Origin: Mobula birostris
Lineage: Eukaryota
DNA: 64,000 nt
NCBI RefSeq assembly: GCF_030028105.1
Contig: NC_092380.1
Coordinates: 81,217,717-81,281,716 of the forward strand
Direction: 5' to 3'
Numbering within the stretch: the first letter of the stretch is position 1; each line of letters opens with the position of its first letter. A program made the translations under genes and the position numbers. Shown here in pieces: positions 13,150-25,858 of this stretch. The notes below the pieces were generated by a model. That model was not told where the DNA came from and made no database searches. It worked only from the letters and a program-made list of their open reading frames with translations.

Positions 13150-13562
13150 TCCAAGCCCGACAATTTATTGTATTTGTCCTACCCTGACCTGCCTTCCCAA
13201 AATGCATCATCACACACTAGTTGGGATTATTTTCTATTTTCCATTGCTCCACCCAACTAAATCCCGCTGTCTGTTGTTGCCTTAGACAACCTGCCTCGCT
13301 GTTCACAACTCCGCCAATTTTTGTGTCATCCCTAAATGTAATATTCATACTTTTTACACTCACATCCAAGTTATTATTATATATCACAAACTGCAAAGGT
13401 TCCAACACTGGTCACTGGTCATTGGAATCCCAGTCTTAAAAATATGCTTCCACTGCTGCCTTCTGCCACATATCATTAAGTCAGTTTTGAATCTAATTAG
13501 CCAGATTGCCTTGGATCACTCCAGACAGACCAGGCCTTAACTGTCTGGACCAGCCTACCATG
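13150..13562 (-). mobile_element. CR1 LINE RT fragment (old)
   Basis: ORF 13217-13408 reads LEPLQFVIYNNNLD...FRDDTKIGG, a decayed CR1 LGPLLFVIYINDLD...FADDTKIGG. Confidence 0.8.
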
Positions 13563-14699
13563 AAAAGCCAACAGTGCTTAGGTCTTCCATGATTATGAGC
13601 TATTACAGTGTTAAATTTTAACTCGAAACAGGCAATATAATGTTATTTCTCATCTCCAGTTAGATTTGACTTATTAGAGACTAGACCCACATGGAAGCCA
13701 GATAAGGATAGGATGGTGGCCTATTTCACAGAACAGCATTAATGTATCAGGCAGGTTTTTATGACAGCCCAGAATCTTGCCTGCTGCTTTTTTTTGTGTG
13801 TGCCAACTGATAAATCACCAGTTGTAATGAATTAAATTTCACAATTTGCCATGCTGGGATCTGAACTGTCAGTCACTGGCTATCTAGTTTATTATTGTAA
13901 GCACTGGACCACTATACCCATTTTATATTGAACAAGAATGGTGCAAGAAATGTTTTGGCATATAATTGAAAAAATAGCACTAGGTGAGTCATATCGTAGT
14001 GAATTTTTGGCAGCTCATCTATCATCGTCACTATAAATATACTTGTTCATTGGATCTGCATAGCTTTGAAGATATACTAGAGCCACCAACCAAGTTAGAG
14101 GCTGTCTCCCATATATCTATTGGATCAGCATGAATTCTATAAAGCTGATCAACACCTCATTCTCATTTACTACATCTTTCCAGCACTCTGTGCCTTGAAA
14201 TCCACAACTTTTCTGGGAAGGATCTTCCAGATCTCCAGTTATTTCTATATAGAGAATATATTTCCTAATTTCACTCTTTAAAAGGCTTATCATAACTTCC
14301 TTTCTATCTATTTGATTGAATGTCTATAATTTTAAGCACATCAGTTAAATCAACACTCAGCCTTCCAAATTCAAGTGAATACAAACTAAATTAACACAAT
14401 TTGCCTTTTAAGTACTGTCTTAATACCGATAAATCTATTTTATACTCCTTTTAAGGTCAATATATCGTTGCTGCTGTTTGATTTATAAAACTGATCACGG
14501 TTCTGTCCAAATGGGGCAAAATTCCTTTTTTGTATGGAACCATCTTGTTAATTGTTTCTTGTGCCTGTGTTCTAGTTTATTTTTAAGTAGTTTGTGTCCA
14601 CAAATAGCCAAGTTCCTTCAGTTCTGCATGATTCCTAATCTAGGTTGAAGAAAAAAAACTGGCAAATCCCTTTCAGGGCCATGTTTTTACAAATTTACA

Positions 14700-15095
14700 A
14701 ATTTCCAGATGTTACAAAAATTGATAATGCATTAAACGGTGTGGAGGGTGGTAATAATTTTTTTGGAGGTATAGACCAGGCTAATGGTAAGGTTGGATAT
14801 GTGGCAGATGAAATGTAATGCTGAGAAAAACAAAACATTGCGTTTTGATTGCAAGAGTGCAGAGGAAATTTAAATGCAGAAGCACAATTCTAAATAGTGC
14901 TCAAGAAAAAAGATCTGAGAGCACGTGCATGCTCGTTAAAAGTGACAGGTTGACTAAGTCATTTAAAAAAAACATCTGGGATCTAGGACTCCATACTGTT
15001 TATAGTTTAGAGTACAATAACAAAGATGTCCTGATGAATCTTTATGTAGCATCATTGTAGCCATTACTGGAGTATTTGTTCCCAGTTTTGGTTGA
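14700..15095 (+). mobile_element. CR1 LINE fragment (old)
   Basis: Decayed KFADDTKI-like start, then WQMKCNAEK, EYNNKDVLMNLY and LEY..QFW motifs. Confidence 0.6.
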
Positions 15096-15679
15096 TGTTT
15101 CAATTGTGAGTAAGCCCTATAGAGACTGGAGCTGCAGATGTAAAAGGTTTTGATTCAGCATAACAACCAGGTATTCTGAAGTATCTCTTTTAGAGACACT
15201 CCGGAAAATTCTGGAGAATCTCCTCAAACTCAAAGTATATCAGGTTTTTATATTCGTCATAACATAAATGTCAGCAGATGTTCAAATGCAATTTTGATAG
15301 CTACAAAGACATAGTTAACATCAATATCTTGGCTTCAACAAATGATTCCTCTCACTATCTCTTTTGCTGAATATTCACAGATAAATACACAAATAAAGCA
15401 ATTGAATTTCATGGTGAATTCAGAATAAAAAATGTTTTTGGGTTACTTGAATCAGCGTAAGTGCAGCTGGCTCCTATCATGTGGGTGTTCTACAGCTGCC
15501 TGGAAGATAGATTAAAATTATCAAGATTCAAGGAGACTCATTTTGTTGTATAAGTATGTGTAACTCTGACAGCATCCAAACACTCCAGAATGGTCTTTCA
15601 GGTACATCTCTGTTGTCTAGCAAAGGGCAACTATGAGTCACTGAAACCTTCCTTTTGGTGACCTTGCCATAGAAGGTTA

Positions 15680-17990
15680 GACATGGAACATAGACCATAG
15701 ACCAGTACAGAATAGGAACAAGCCTCTGGCCCACAATGTTGTGCCAAACCAATTAAATCTGTAATCAAATAGCCAACTAAACTAATCTCTTCTGCCTACA
15801 CAACATCCATATCCTTCCTCTTTCCTCACATTCATGTGCCTGTCAAACCATCTCTTAGAAGTCCATAATGTATCTGCCTCTATCACCACCCCAGAAAGTA
15901 CATTCCAGGCAGCAAAACTCTTTTTATAAAAAATGTTGCCCCTCACATTTCCTTTGAAATGCCCCCCCCCACCTTAACTACATATAACCATATAACAATT
16001 ACAGCACGGAAACAGGCCATCTTGGCCCCCTTATAAGAACATAAGAAATTGGAGCAGGAGGAATCAGTCATCCAACCCATAAAGCCTGCCCCGTCATTCA
16101 ATAAGATCATGGCTGATCTGACCATGGATTCATCTCCACCTACCTGTCTTTTCCCCATAATCCTTAATTCCCCAATTATGCAAAAATCTGTCCAACCTTC
16201 TCTTAAATATTTTTACTGAGGTAGCCTTCACTGCTTCATTGGGCAGAAAATTCCACAGATTTACCACTCCTTGGGAAAAGCAATTCTTCCTCGTCTCCAT
16301 CCCAAATTTACTCCCCCAAATCCTGAGGCTGTGCCCCCCAGTTCGAGTCCCATCCACCGGTGGAATCCCTCTGGCAACGAAGGCCAACGTACCACTTGCC
16401 TTCTTGATAGTCTACTGCACCTGCAAACCAACCTTTAGCGATTCATAATTTTGTGATTCCTTTAACATTCGAAACACCAAATATACTTTTCAACCCTAGG
16501 AAAGAGATACTGCTTGTCTACCCCATCTATGCCTCTCATAATCTTACAAACCTCAATTACATCTCCCCTCAGCCTTTGACTCTCTAGAGAATACAGCCCA
16601 AATTCTCATTATAGCACATGTCCTCCAATTCAGGTAGAGTTCTGGTAAATTTCTTCTGTGTCCTCTCTGAAGACTCAACATCCTTCTGATAATGAGGGGA
16701 CCAGAACTGTATGCAATACTCCAGATGCTGCCTAACTAGAGTTCTATAAAGCAGCCACATGACTTCCTGACTTTTAAACTCAATGCCTCATCTAATAAAG
16801 GCAAGCACGCCATATGCCTTTTTAACCACTCTATCATCCTGTGTAGCTACTTTCAAGGAGCTATGAACTTGGACTGTAAGATCCATCTGCTCCTCAACAC
16901 TGCTAAGGGTCTTGCCCTTAACAGTATACTGTCTCTTTCCTTTGGCCTATATGTATTGTTACGTACCTCGTAACTGGGTTGCCAAACCAGCAGAAATGGA
17001 TCACTCAGTTGGAGTCTGGATTACTAGAACTAAGAAAGTTTTATTAAAGAAACAAGCAACACGGTACTCTAATCAAAAGGATAATGAATGCAACAGTTCA
17101 GCAATGGTAAACCTACATGTACACAGAATTAAGATAACAGGATCAATCAAGCTCTATCGTTGTCTAGGGGTAAATGACCAGTTTCAAAGTGACGCAAAGT
17201 TCAGTTCAATTTAGTTCAGTTCAGTTCGCAGTAATCGTTGCCATGGCGATGGACAGTGGGGGGAAGGAGAGAGAGAGCAAAAACGAATGAATATTCAAGG
17301 CTTCCACACACAGACCTTCGCAGTGAGCTTTCGGGCGAGTCCTTTGTGATGTCATCTGAGGTCACCGACCGTGACCCCTCCGTTTCCAGATACGATCGTT
17401 TCTCTGCGGTGAACCCGGCACCCAGGCAAGGGTGGACACACACCAGGTTCCCGCCGACCGTGCCTTTCCACCCTGTGCATCTATGGCCCGGTACTTCCCA
17501 CTGACTTGTGAGAAACGCACCACTTCCAGGGTCTTGTTACCTCGGGTGTCATGTGTGTCCTGCCTTAGCGAACCTGTCCCTTTTTATCCCCCTGCTGGGG
17601 TATCGCCTGTCCATCACTTCAAACAGTTCAGGGTTCAAAGGGGGATCCGCTCTTGACAGCTCTCTCCTTCTGTTACTCTCTCTCCTGTCCCTTCATTACA
17701 CATCTCCAAATGCTGCCTCATTGTTTTCCTTATCTCTCTCTCTCCTGAAGACAGGTGGCAGACCAACTGCTGATCCCACTGGTGCCAGCACAGGACAGCT
17801 ACATCTTAATCTATGTGTATTCTTGTCACAGTATATATTACAAACAGCAAAGGTCCCAGTACAGATCACTGCAGAACACCACCAGCACAGACCTTCAGCT
17901 AGAATAGGTCCCTTCATCCCTCTACTTCTATGGGTAAGCCAGTTCTGAATCCAAGCAGCCAATTCAGCATGGATCCCATGTATCTGAACT
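15680..17990 (-). mobile_element. Nested cluster of CR1 LINE 3' ends hosting a solo LTR
   Basis: Three CR1 microsatellite tails start at ~15680, ~15979 and ~16033. ORF 16130-16387 contains TGGHSLRI...FSQGVVNLWN. The host CR1 resumes at ~16480 and again after the LTR at ~17835. Confidence 0.8.
16957..17830 (-). mobile_element. Solo LTR, 874 bp
   Basis: TGTTACG...GTCACA flanked by a perfect 4-bp TSD GTAT; AATAAA on the minus strand at ~17039-17044; interrupts CR1 sequence. Confidence 0.88.
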
Positions 17991-18152
17991 TGGAGCTCCA
18001 GTACTTTGCACAGAAAAACAGATCAATGAACTAGATGATAATGATGCAGAAAATTAAACAGTCATCAATGTGGATTTGTAACAGGATTTCTCATTTTTGA
18101 TTGCTGAGTAGCTCTGAACAAAATTATTAATTGAAAGATGTGTTCAATTTAG

Positions 18153-18221
18153 GGAGAGAAATATGATGGTCGTAAAGCAGACGTTTGGAGCTGTGGTGTC
18201 ATCCTTTTCGCACTCTTGGTG
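18153..18221 (+). CDS. BRSK2: BRSK2 (SAD-A) kinase-domain internal coding exon, 69 bp
   Basis: tttag|GGAGAG...TTGGTG|gtaagt; translates GEKYDGRKADVWSCGVILFALLV (kinase subdomain IX). RKADV matches BRSK2 rather than BRSK1 (RRADM). Phase 0/0. Confidence 0.95.
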
Positions 18222-19175
18222 GTAAGTCTTTAAAATTTTTACTTTGGAAAATGTTGAAAGATTTTTCGAGCACAAAAGAAAATTATATTTTTATGTGTTG
18301 GTTTAATGTACTTTCAACTACTTCCTTCCATTTCTTCTCCTGGAATTAATGGTGATTTTATGCAGTTCATTTTTTGAAGTTATTCTGTTGCGAAGATGTG
18401 CTGCTGTGCAGCAAAGCAGCGGTGAGTACAGTACCCAGAGGGTTCGATTTGACAACATTATCAGTTGTCTCCATATCAGATTGTCTGCACACATAGAGAT
18501 GTTGATGGATCTATCTGGCTCTGGGTAATCTATCAGATATCTTCAGCAATTAAAGTGAGATGATGCTGTGCTTTTTAGGTGTGCTGCCTAAACTGGAATC
18601 CAGTCAAGTGCTGGGGCCTTCACAAAATAATTCCAAAGGAACCACTTGACCAGTAGTTTTTACACTCAATATACCATGTGCCTGTTACAAAGACAACTTG
18701 GTGTTTAGCTGCAAAGATTCAATTTCTGATGAGTGAAAGAAATTTCTATAGAAGTAGAAATTCCATTTATAGTTGTATTTAATTCAGTGAAAGCATTTTA
18801 TTATATTTTTGAAGTTCTGTTAAGCCAAAGTATATACTATATATCACTTGAAGTGAGAATTCATATCTTAGTGCATTGAGTTATACTTGGTGCTGAGGTG
18901 GCTGATCAGGCCAGTATAGAACCTGCTGACTCTTCTACATGGGACAGGACAGGAGATATCTAACAGGATGGGTAGATAGGTGGCTTGTTCCACTGTTTTA
19001 TCGCGGGCTGGGCCATGAACTTGAGGATCTTAACACTAATAGAGAATGTGTCCAGGGAATCGTGGGAGCCAGTGTGATGTTGAATATTGTTTGAGGATGT
19101 TTTCATGACTTTCTTGATTTTTTTTTTATTCCGCTCACCTGGTAAATCTCTTCACATGGCGGAGTTTAAAATTGA

Positions 19176-20352
19176 GTTTTAATTCCCATTCCCATTCCCG
19201 TTCTGACACGTTGGTCCATGGCCTCCTCTTGTGACAAGGTGAAGCCTCTGTCTGGGTAGCCTCCAACCTAATGATATGAATATGGATTTATCCTTCCATA
19301 AACACATTCCCCCTCCCCCACCACCACCACCACCACCACCATTCCCTACTCTGTCCTTTTACCTCTTCTCACTTCCTATTACTTCCCCCTGGGTCCACTC
19401 CTCCTTCTCTTTCTCCTATGCTCCACTCCTAGTAGATTCCTTCTATGTAGGGCATGCAGGTACAGCAGGCGGTGAAAAAGGCGAATGGTATGCTGGCATT
19501 CATAGCAAGAGGATTCGAGTACAGGAGCAGGCAGGTACTACTGCAGTTATACAAGGCCTTGGTGAGACCACACCTGGAGTATTGTGTGCAGTTTTGGTCC
19601 CCTAATCTGAGGAAACACATTCTTGCCATAGAGGGAGTACAAAGAAGGTTCACCAGATTGATTCCTGGGATGGCAAGACTTTCATATGATGAAAGGCTGG
19701 ATCAACTAGGCTTATACTCACTGGAATTTAGAAGATTGAGGGGGGTTCTTATTGAAACGTATAAAATTCTAAAGGGATTGGACAGGCTAGATGTAGAAAG
19801 ATTGTTCCCGATGTTGGGGAAGTCCAGAACGAGGGGTCACAGTTTAAGGATAAAGGGGAAGCCTTTTAGGACTAAGATGAGGAAAAACTTCTTCACACAG
19901 AGAGTGGTGAATCTGTGGAATTCTCTGCCACAGGAAACAGTTGAGGCCAGTTCATTGGCTATATTTAAGAGGGAGTTAGGTATGGCCCTTGTGGCTAAAG
20001 GGATCAGGGGGTATGGAGAGAAGGCAGGTACAGGGTTCTGAGTTGGATGATCAGCCATGATCATAATAAATGACGGTGCAGGCTTGAAGGGCCGAATGGC
20101 CTACTCCTGCACCTATTTTCTATGTTTCTATGTTTCTCCAGCCCTGACCTTTCCCACCCACCTGGCTTCCCCTCCCCCACCTTTTTATTCTGGCATCTTA
20201 CCCCATCCCTCGCAGTCCTGAAGAAAGGTCTCGGCCCAAAACTTTGGTTATCCATTCATTTCCGTAGATGCTGCCTTTCCCGCTGAATTCCTCTAGCATT
20301 TTGTGTGTGTTGCTGTGGACTTCCAGCATCTACAGACTTTCTTGTGTTTTTG
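19176..20352 (+). mobile_element. Old Penelope-like element 3' end, split by a CR1 insertion
   Basis: 19176-19444 resembles the PLE end at 33830-34000 (TTTAATTCC..CCCATTCCC, CTGGGTAGCCTCCAACCT). It resumes at 20137 with a pyrimidine-rich UTR and a decayed hammerhead motif. Confidence 0.8.
19445..20136 (+). mobile_element. Young 5'-truncated CR1 LINE
   Basis: Uninterrupted ORF2 C-terminus 19454-20041 (LYKALVRPHLEYCVQFWSP...TRGHSL...QRVVNLWNSLP), 3' UTR hairpin GGCCGAATGGCC and (TTCTATGT)n tail. Confidence 0.95.
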
Positions 20353-20872
20353 AATGAGAGCGTCTTCTTCGGGAGACCTGTGTCATGCATACAAATTATA
20401 TGCTCAACAGAGGGAACTGGGTGTCATTGTAGCCTCAGTGTTCTGCATGTTGTGTTGGATGAGGTTGCTAATAAGGTTCCCTTACCCTGCCGGTGGATTT
20501 GGAGAGTTTTGCAGAGGCAGTGATGGTGATGCCTTCCCAGTGCTTTGATCTGGTTGCTATAGTGGTTTGTTTCAGAAGTACATTGGAGGGCAAGTATCAG
20601 TGTTGCCTGGTACACCATGCGTATTGTGACAGTCGAGGTTTGTGCTGGCACACTGATGCTGATGGGAATATCTTTGCCTGAAGTAAACAAAGGCCTCCAT
20701 GATTTAGAAGTGCTCCACCTTTTAAAGGGCCCCGTTATAGACGTATCTCACACTAAGTGGAGGCAGATTAGTAATGGTCCTTTGTCTTTCAGATGTGGGG
20801 TCTAAGTCCTGTCCTCTTATATGTTTCATTGAACAAATTATCATTTAGGAAACCTGGACATAAACAGAAACT

Positions 20873-21200
20873 GCAGCACAGAGGCACAGCTAGTAGAACT
20901 AGTAGCTTACTGCACCAGAGACTAGAGTTCAATCCTGACCTTGAGTTCTGTCTGTGTGGAGTTTGCAGGTTCTCCCTGGGTTATATGGGTTTCTTTGATA
21001 TAATGGAAAACGTGCGGATTGATAGGTTAATTGGCTATTGGAGATTGTCCCTTATGCGCAGGTGAGTGGAATTGAGCAGAATTTGGGGAGAATAAAACAA
21101 TGGGATTAATGTGGAATAAATTCAAAGAGGTGTTTGATGGTCAGCCTGGACTCAGAGGACTGAAGGGCCTGTTTCTGTGCTGTACCTCTCGATGGCTCTG
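20873..21200 (+). mobile_element. V-SINE (HE1-like) tRNA-derived SINE
   Basis: B-box-like GTTCAATCC, V-domain-like CTGTGTGGAGTTTGCAGGTTCTCCC, and a CR1-like 3' tail GAAGGGCCTGTTTCTGTGCTGTA. Confidence 0.8.
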
Positions 21201-21551
21201 TAACTCTCTGACTCAAACTCAGCCAGTCGAGCAGCGTCTGGATGAGAGAAATAGAAACCACTTCATGTTCTGGGTCACAGATTCGTCCTTGGAGCTAATT
21301 AGGAGCTTGGCTCTGAATGTACGGCATATGTCTGCAAGTGGCTTCGGCACGCTGCCGCCCAGCTGACGAGGTTGTTTGATCTTTGTTTGGAGTTGAGTTG
21401 ATGCTATCTGAACAGTCTCTCATTTGGTTGCTTGACTAAGATCAGTTCAGCTGTAAACGCACATTTGGATTGTGGTTTACATAAAGTCTCTGTAAGATTT
21501 CTGTCAAATTGGTCACATCTTATAAATCGGTCTACTACCTGTGCCAGATAC

Positions 21552-22331
21552 CAGACATCCCACCCTGCAAAAACTCAATTCAGGGAGGTAGCACCATCAA
21601 TTTGCGGGAGACTTCCGGGAGAGGTGGGATGTCTGCGATTGAGTAGCTCCTTAGCAGCTGGCCAGCTAGTTTAAATAACGTTAGCTATGCTAATGAACGA
21701 ATGACACCTGTTAAACTCACCTCAACATGTCTTTTACAGTTTTAACCCACCATGGGCAATAGAAAAGTCACTGTTGCAAACTGTCATTATTTTGACCCCT
21801 ATTAGGCAGAGGTACACTTTAGGGTAGTCTGGGGTGATGTACGTTTTATATTTTCTTTTTTTTGGAACTCTCTGCTACTGTGACTTCTTTTGGAACTATC
21901 TCGCTCTCTCTCTCATTCGTGGTCGCTCTCACTCGCTCTCGCTCTTGATCTCGCGCTCGCTCTTGCTCTCGCCCTCTTGCTCTTGCTGTCGCGCGCTCAC
22001 TCTTGCTCTCGCTCTCTCGCGGTTGCTCTCACTCGTGCTCGCTCTCTCACTCTTGCTCTCACTCACGCGCTCGCTCTCTCGCTCTTGCTCTCGCGCTCAC
22101 TCTCGCTCTGTCTCGCTCTTGCTCTCGCGCGCTCGCTCTCTCATGGTCGCTCTCACTCGCGCTTTCTTTCTTGTTCTTGCACTCACTCTCTCGCTCTTTC
22201 TCGCGCGTTCTCTCTCTCTCGCTCTCAAAAAAAATCAATTTCCGGGACATTGTATATAATTTGCGGGCATCAGGGAGCCACTATTAATATGCAGGAGACT
22301 CCCGGAAGTTCCGGGAGAGGTGGGATGTCTG
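21552..22331. mobile_element. Non-autonomous DNA transposon with 13-bp TIRs and a 7-bp TSD (P-element-like)
   Basis: CAGACATCCCACC ... GGTGGGATGTCTG, flanked by a perfect CAGATAC direct repeat (21545-21551 and 22332-22338). Confidence 0.85.
21897..22226. repeat. Degenerate (CTCTCG/CTCTTG)n microsatellite
   Basis: Low-complexity CT/CG hexamer array inside the MITE. Confidence 0.9.
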
Positions 22332-24264
22332 CAGATACTCTTCTGGATTTCATGAGACTGGTAGCGCACTTCATTTTCATAGAGAGCTCTCATGTGTTCT
22401 GAAAAGCATCCTGTGTTGTCATAAGAGCCAGGCATAAAAGTTGACTTAATTTTCATGTTTTCATTTTGTCGCATTGCTGGCCTGCATCAAGCTTGGTCTG
22501 ACTCTGGAGCAGTTCACAGCCAGAAATATGCTCACAAGTTACTTTAGGGCATTTGGGTTGTCTTATTGTTGCATTTGCAACTGTGAGGTGAAAACATAGA
22601 AGCCTAAAATATAAGATAAAAGCAGGACCTCTTGAAAATGTTTATAGCATTGGCAGTTTCTTTTTCCATATGATCCAACATTCCATCATGCCTTTGCATT
22701 CCAAAAAAAAATCACTGAAGAGTTAAAATGTTTTACATTCTTAATTCCTGTTCTGGATTTCTCGTGATATACTTGTCAGTCTAATCTGCTGTGGAATGTC
22801 ATCTGTTAATCCTTAGCCTTATCATCGTTTATACTGTTGGAATGCATCAGTTTCCACTAATTGTAACCAAATATGAAATTAATCAAGATTGGTACCAAGG
22901 CTTAGATTTCTGTGACTGATCATAAATATTGGCAAATGGTTTAGAACTTTGGAATATCTTAAAGTCTTGCTATGGAGGAAAATAAATTACGAACCATATG
23001 GCCTATTCTCAGTTTGAACAGCACTACTCTGTCTTTCCAGATCATCAGTCCCTTTTCTTTGCCAGCTCTATCTTCTTGATTTTGCTAACAGTAACAGATA
23101 TTTCAATGCATATTCATAGCACTTGTAAAATGCAGTTAAATCTAAATTGCCTTGTCAGCCTCTCCTTTAAATCTGCTTGCTTTATTCACACAAAAAAAAA
23201 CAATTGTTGATGGTTGTGTCAAATATGATGTTGAGATTCATTTAATCTATATTCCCTGCAAACTTTAAATATTTGCTCTTGGAATATTTTCAGTTATTTT
23301 AAACAGAACAGTCAAATTTCCAAACATGGAAGACAGCAGTATCTTAAAAATAGATTGATAATTCATACCAAGTTGGTAATTTCTCCCGAAAAATGCACAC
23401 CATTTTCATTTTCCTTTTGCTATTGTTGAGCTGCAGAAAAATAGTGTAGATGTTCCATTACATTTTGGAACTATGATGAACTTAATTATATTAAACGTAT
23501 TATACGTCACAAGAACATATGATTTGACATTTTCGAACAGCTATTTTTCTTTCATCATTATTCAATACGGGTCATGATCTTTACCTCTTTTCATTTGACA
23601 TTCATTACACAGGGTTGTCTTTGATCAGAAACCTTTTATTTATATCCAGCATTAATCATGGCCCAAGGACAAATTGCTACACACAGCAACCTGCATTTAA
23701 TGCTTGATCTTAACCTGAAGAATTAGTCCAAAAATTCAGAGAGTTTTCTGGTTATTTCTTAATGTTGTAAAGCCCCACTGGGCTACAGAAATTTGAGAGA
23801 TTGATTTAAAACTCATATTAAAAACATAAATTAATTGAATTCTTAAAGATTGTTTTCTTTAGATATTTGACTAGTAGATGGTGGAAAAGCATGAAGGAAC
23901 CAGAATGTGAGCCATTCATCACAGGATACCTAGTCCTGACCTGGAGTGTTTATGTAGCTGGTTAGTCTCTGGTTAGCGATGATCACCACAATCTTCTCAG
24001 GGAATTGATGGTGGTGATCTCACAGAAGATGTTTTGACTATTTCATATTGATGGTGCATAGCACAAGTAGAATATAAATTAATTGTCTCTGATTGAATTC
24101 TGTAAAAGGTCTTACTGCACACATGGGAGGGTTTTTCACTTTCTGAGGAGCTGTGAAAGGAATTGAACGTTGTGCGCCATCAGCAAACATTCCACTTTTG
24201 GGTTTATAGGAGAGAAGAGGTCATTGATGAGTTTACTGAAGATGAATAGAACCAGTTCTGTAAC

Positions 24265-24680
24265 TCCAACTTCCACTCACTCCATCTACACATCCCGCTG
24301 CCTTGGGAAAGCAACTAATATAATCAAGGAGACCTCCAACCCTTGTCATTCTCTTTTCTCTCCCGTCAGGCAGAAGATACAAAAGTTTGAAATCACATCC
24401 ACAAGTCGCAAGGACAGTTTCTATCCTACTGCTAAGAGTGGGATAACCAAAGATTTCATAACTGATAGCAGACCTCTCACGTGCTGAAGGTCAACTTTGA
24501 TCTCCCAATCTACCTTGTCAAGGCCTTTGCATTTTCTCGAAAGCTGCAAATCTACACGCTGCAGTTTTTGTTTCTTTTTACTGACTTGATGTACTTGTAC
24601 ATGGCATGATCAGCCTGGGTGCTTAAAAAACAAAAAGCACTTGACTATATCTCAGTACTGTATCAACAATAAACCAATAT
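24265..24680 (+). mobile_element. Rex/Babar-type LINE 3' end (old)
   Basis: SIYTSRCLGKATNIIKETSNPCHSLFSP motif followed by a UTR ending in AATAAACCAATA. Confidence 0.75.
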
Positions 24681-24994
24681 CAATAGCTGCCAATGATCAG
24701 TTTTCCCTCATTTTCCATTAATTTCAATTCTACCTGCACTCTTTTTTACCATACCCAATTAACTCTCAGTCTCTCGAACTCAGCTGCATGTTCCATGATG
24801 AGACAAGCTGGTGATGAGGCCCAGAGCATAGTGGTCCTGGCAAAACCCGAGATGAATATTAGTGATCTGATTGTTACTAAGCAAGAACAGTTTTAAAGCA
24901 CTGTCAATGACACCTTCCATCAATGAAGATTGAGATTAATGTGACAGTAATTGTCCAAAGTACATTTGTCATGCTTTTTGTAGACAAAGATTAT

Positions 24995-25400
24995 CAAAGA
25001 TTCAAAAAAACTTTATTGTCATTCTAACTGTACATCAGCTCTGCAGGGCAGAATGAGACAGCATTTCCCAGGAGCAGTGCAATCATAACATAACAAATGC
25101 AACACTAAATAATAAGCATAACAATAAATAGTAAAACACAACAGTTACATGTCAGTTAAAATCAGTTATAAGTGTCCGGTGCAAGTTAAAAGTGTCCAAA
25201 GCAGAGTCAGGTAGAGCAGCTATTTAGCAGTCTGACTGCCTGTGGGAGGAAGCTGTTTAGTAGCCTTGTGGTTTTAGTTTTGATGCTCCTGTAACGTTTG
25301 CCTGATGGCAGAAGAACAAACAGTTCATGGAGAGGGTGTGAGGGGTCTTTAATGATGTACCGTGTCTTCTGGAGGCATCGACTCTGAAAGAAGTCTGGAA
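24995..25400 (-). mobile_element. Rex/Babar-type LINE 3' end
   Basis: ORF 25207-25431 reads IIKDPSHPLHELFVLLPSGKRYRS...SFLPQAVRLLN; AATAAA on the minus strand near 25012. Confidence 0.85.
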
Positions 25401-25858
25401 GAGGACAAGGTAAACTTGAGCAATTTTCCATTTTGTCAGGTAGATGCCAGTACTTTTACTGTATCAGGGACAGCTTGGCTGTAGACACTGAACGGTTCTT
25501 TAGCGTCACAGTTAAGATGTTACCTGATTTCTTGGCCTTTGCTGCATTCAATAGTTTCAGCAATTCCTGATATCTCATGGAGTGAATTGAACCGGTGAGG
25601 ATCAATGGAGGGAGGCTTCAGAAGAGACAGAGATTGTCGATCCATAAAGCTCTTCTATCTCAGTGCAAATGTTTCAGCATTGTCCTTAGAACTAACTGTA
25701 TGTGCTGTGTCTCGCTTTGTGGAGGATGAGATACTCCTGGAGCATTGACTGTTCATTTGTCCATCTCTATTTAGGATTGTATATGGTAGGACAGCAGAGC
25801 TTTGAACTTTGTTCTTGGTTATGGGCCAGTTAAGCACTAAAGGGAAGATTAATTAGTA

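Noticed and set aside
19276-19605. Poly-proline ORF
   Set aside because: A (CCA)n tract in a Penelope UTR running out of frame into CR1.
20214-20256. Hammerhead copy as a functional ribozyme
   Set aside because: GAAA is mutated to AAAA, and the palindrome and stem I are lost; a relic only. The same applies to the copies near 45933-46021 and 58820-58880.
20873-20945. tRNA gene
   Set aside because: It is the decayed tRNA-derived head of a SINE, followed by the V-domain-like core; no cloverleaf.
21834-22402. Leu/Ser/Ala/Arg-rich ORFs of 94-170 aa
   Set aside because: Translations of the (CTCTCG)n microsatellite.
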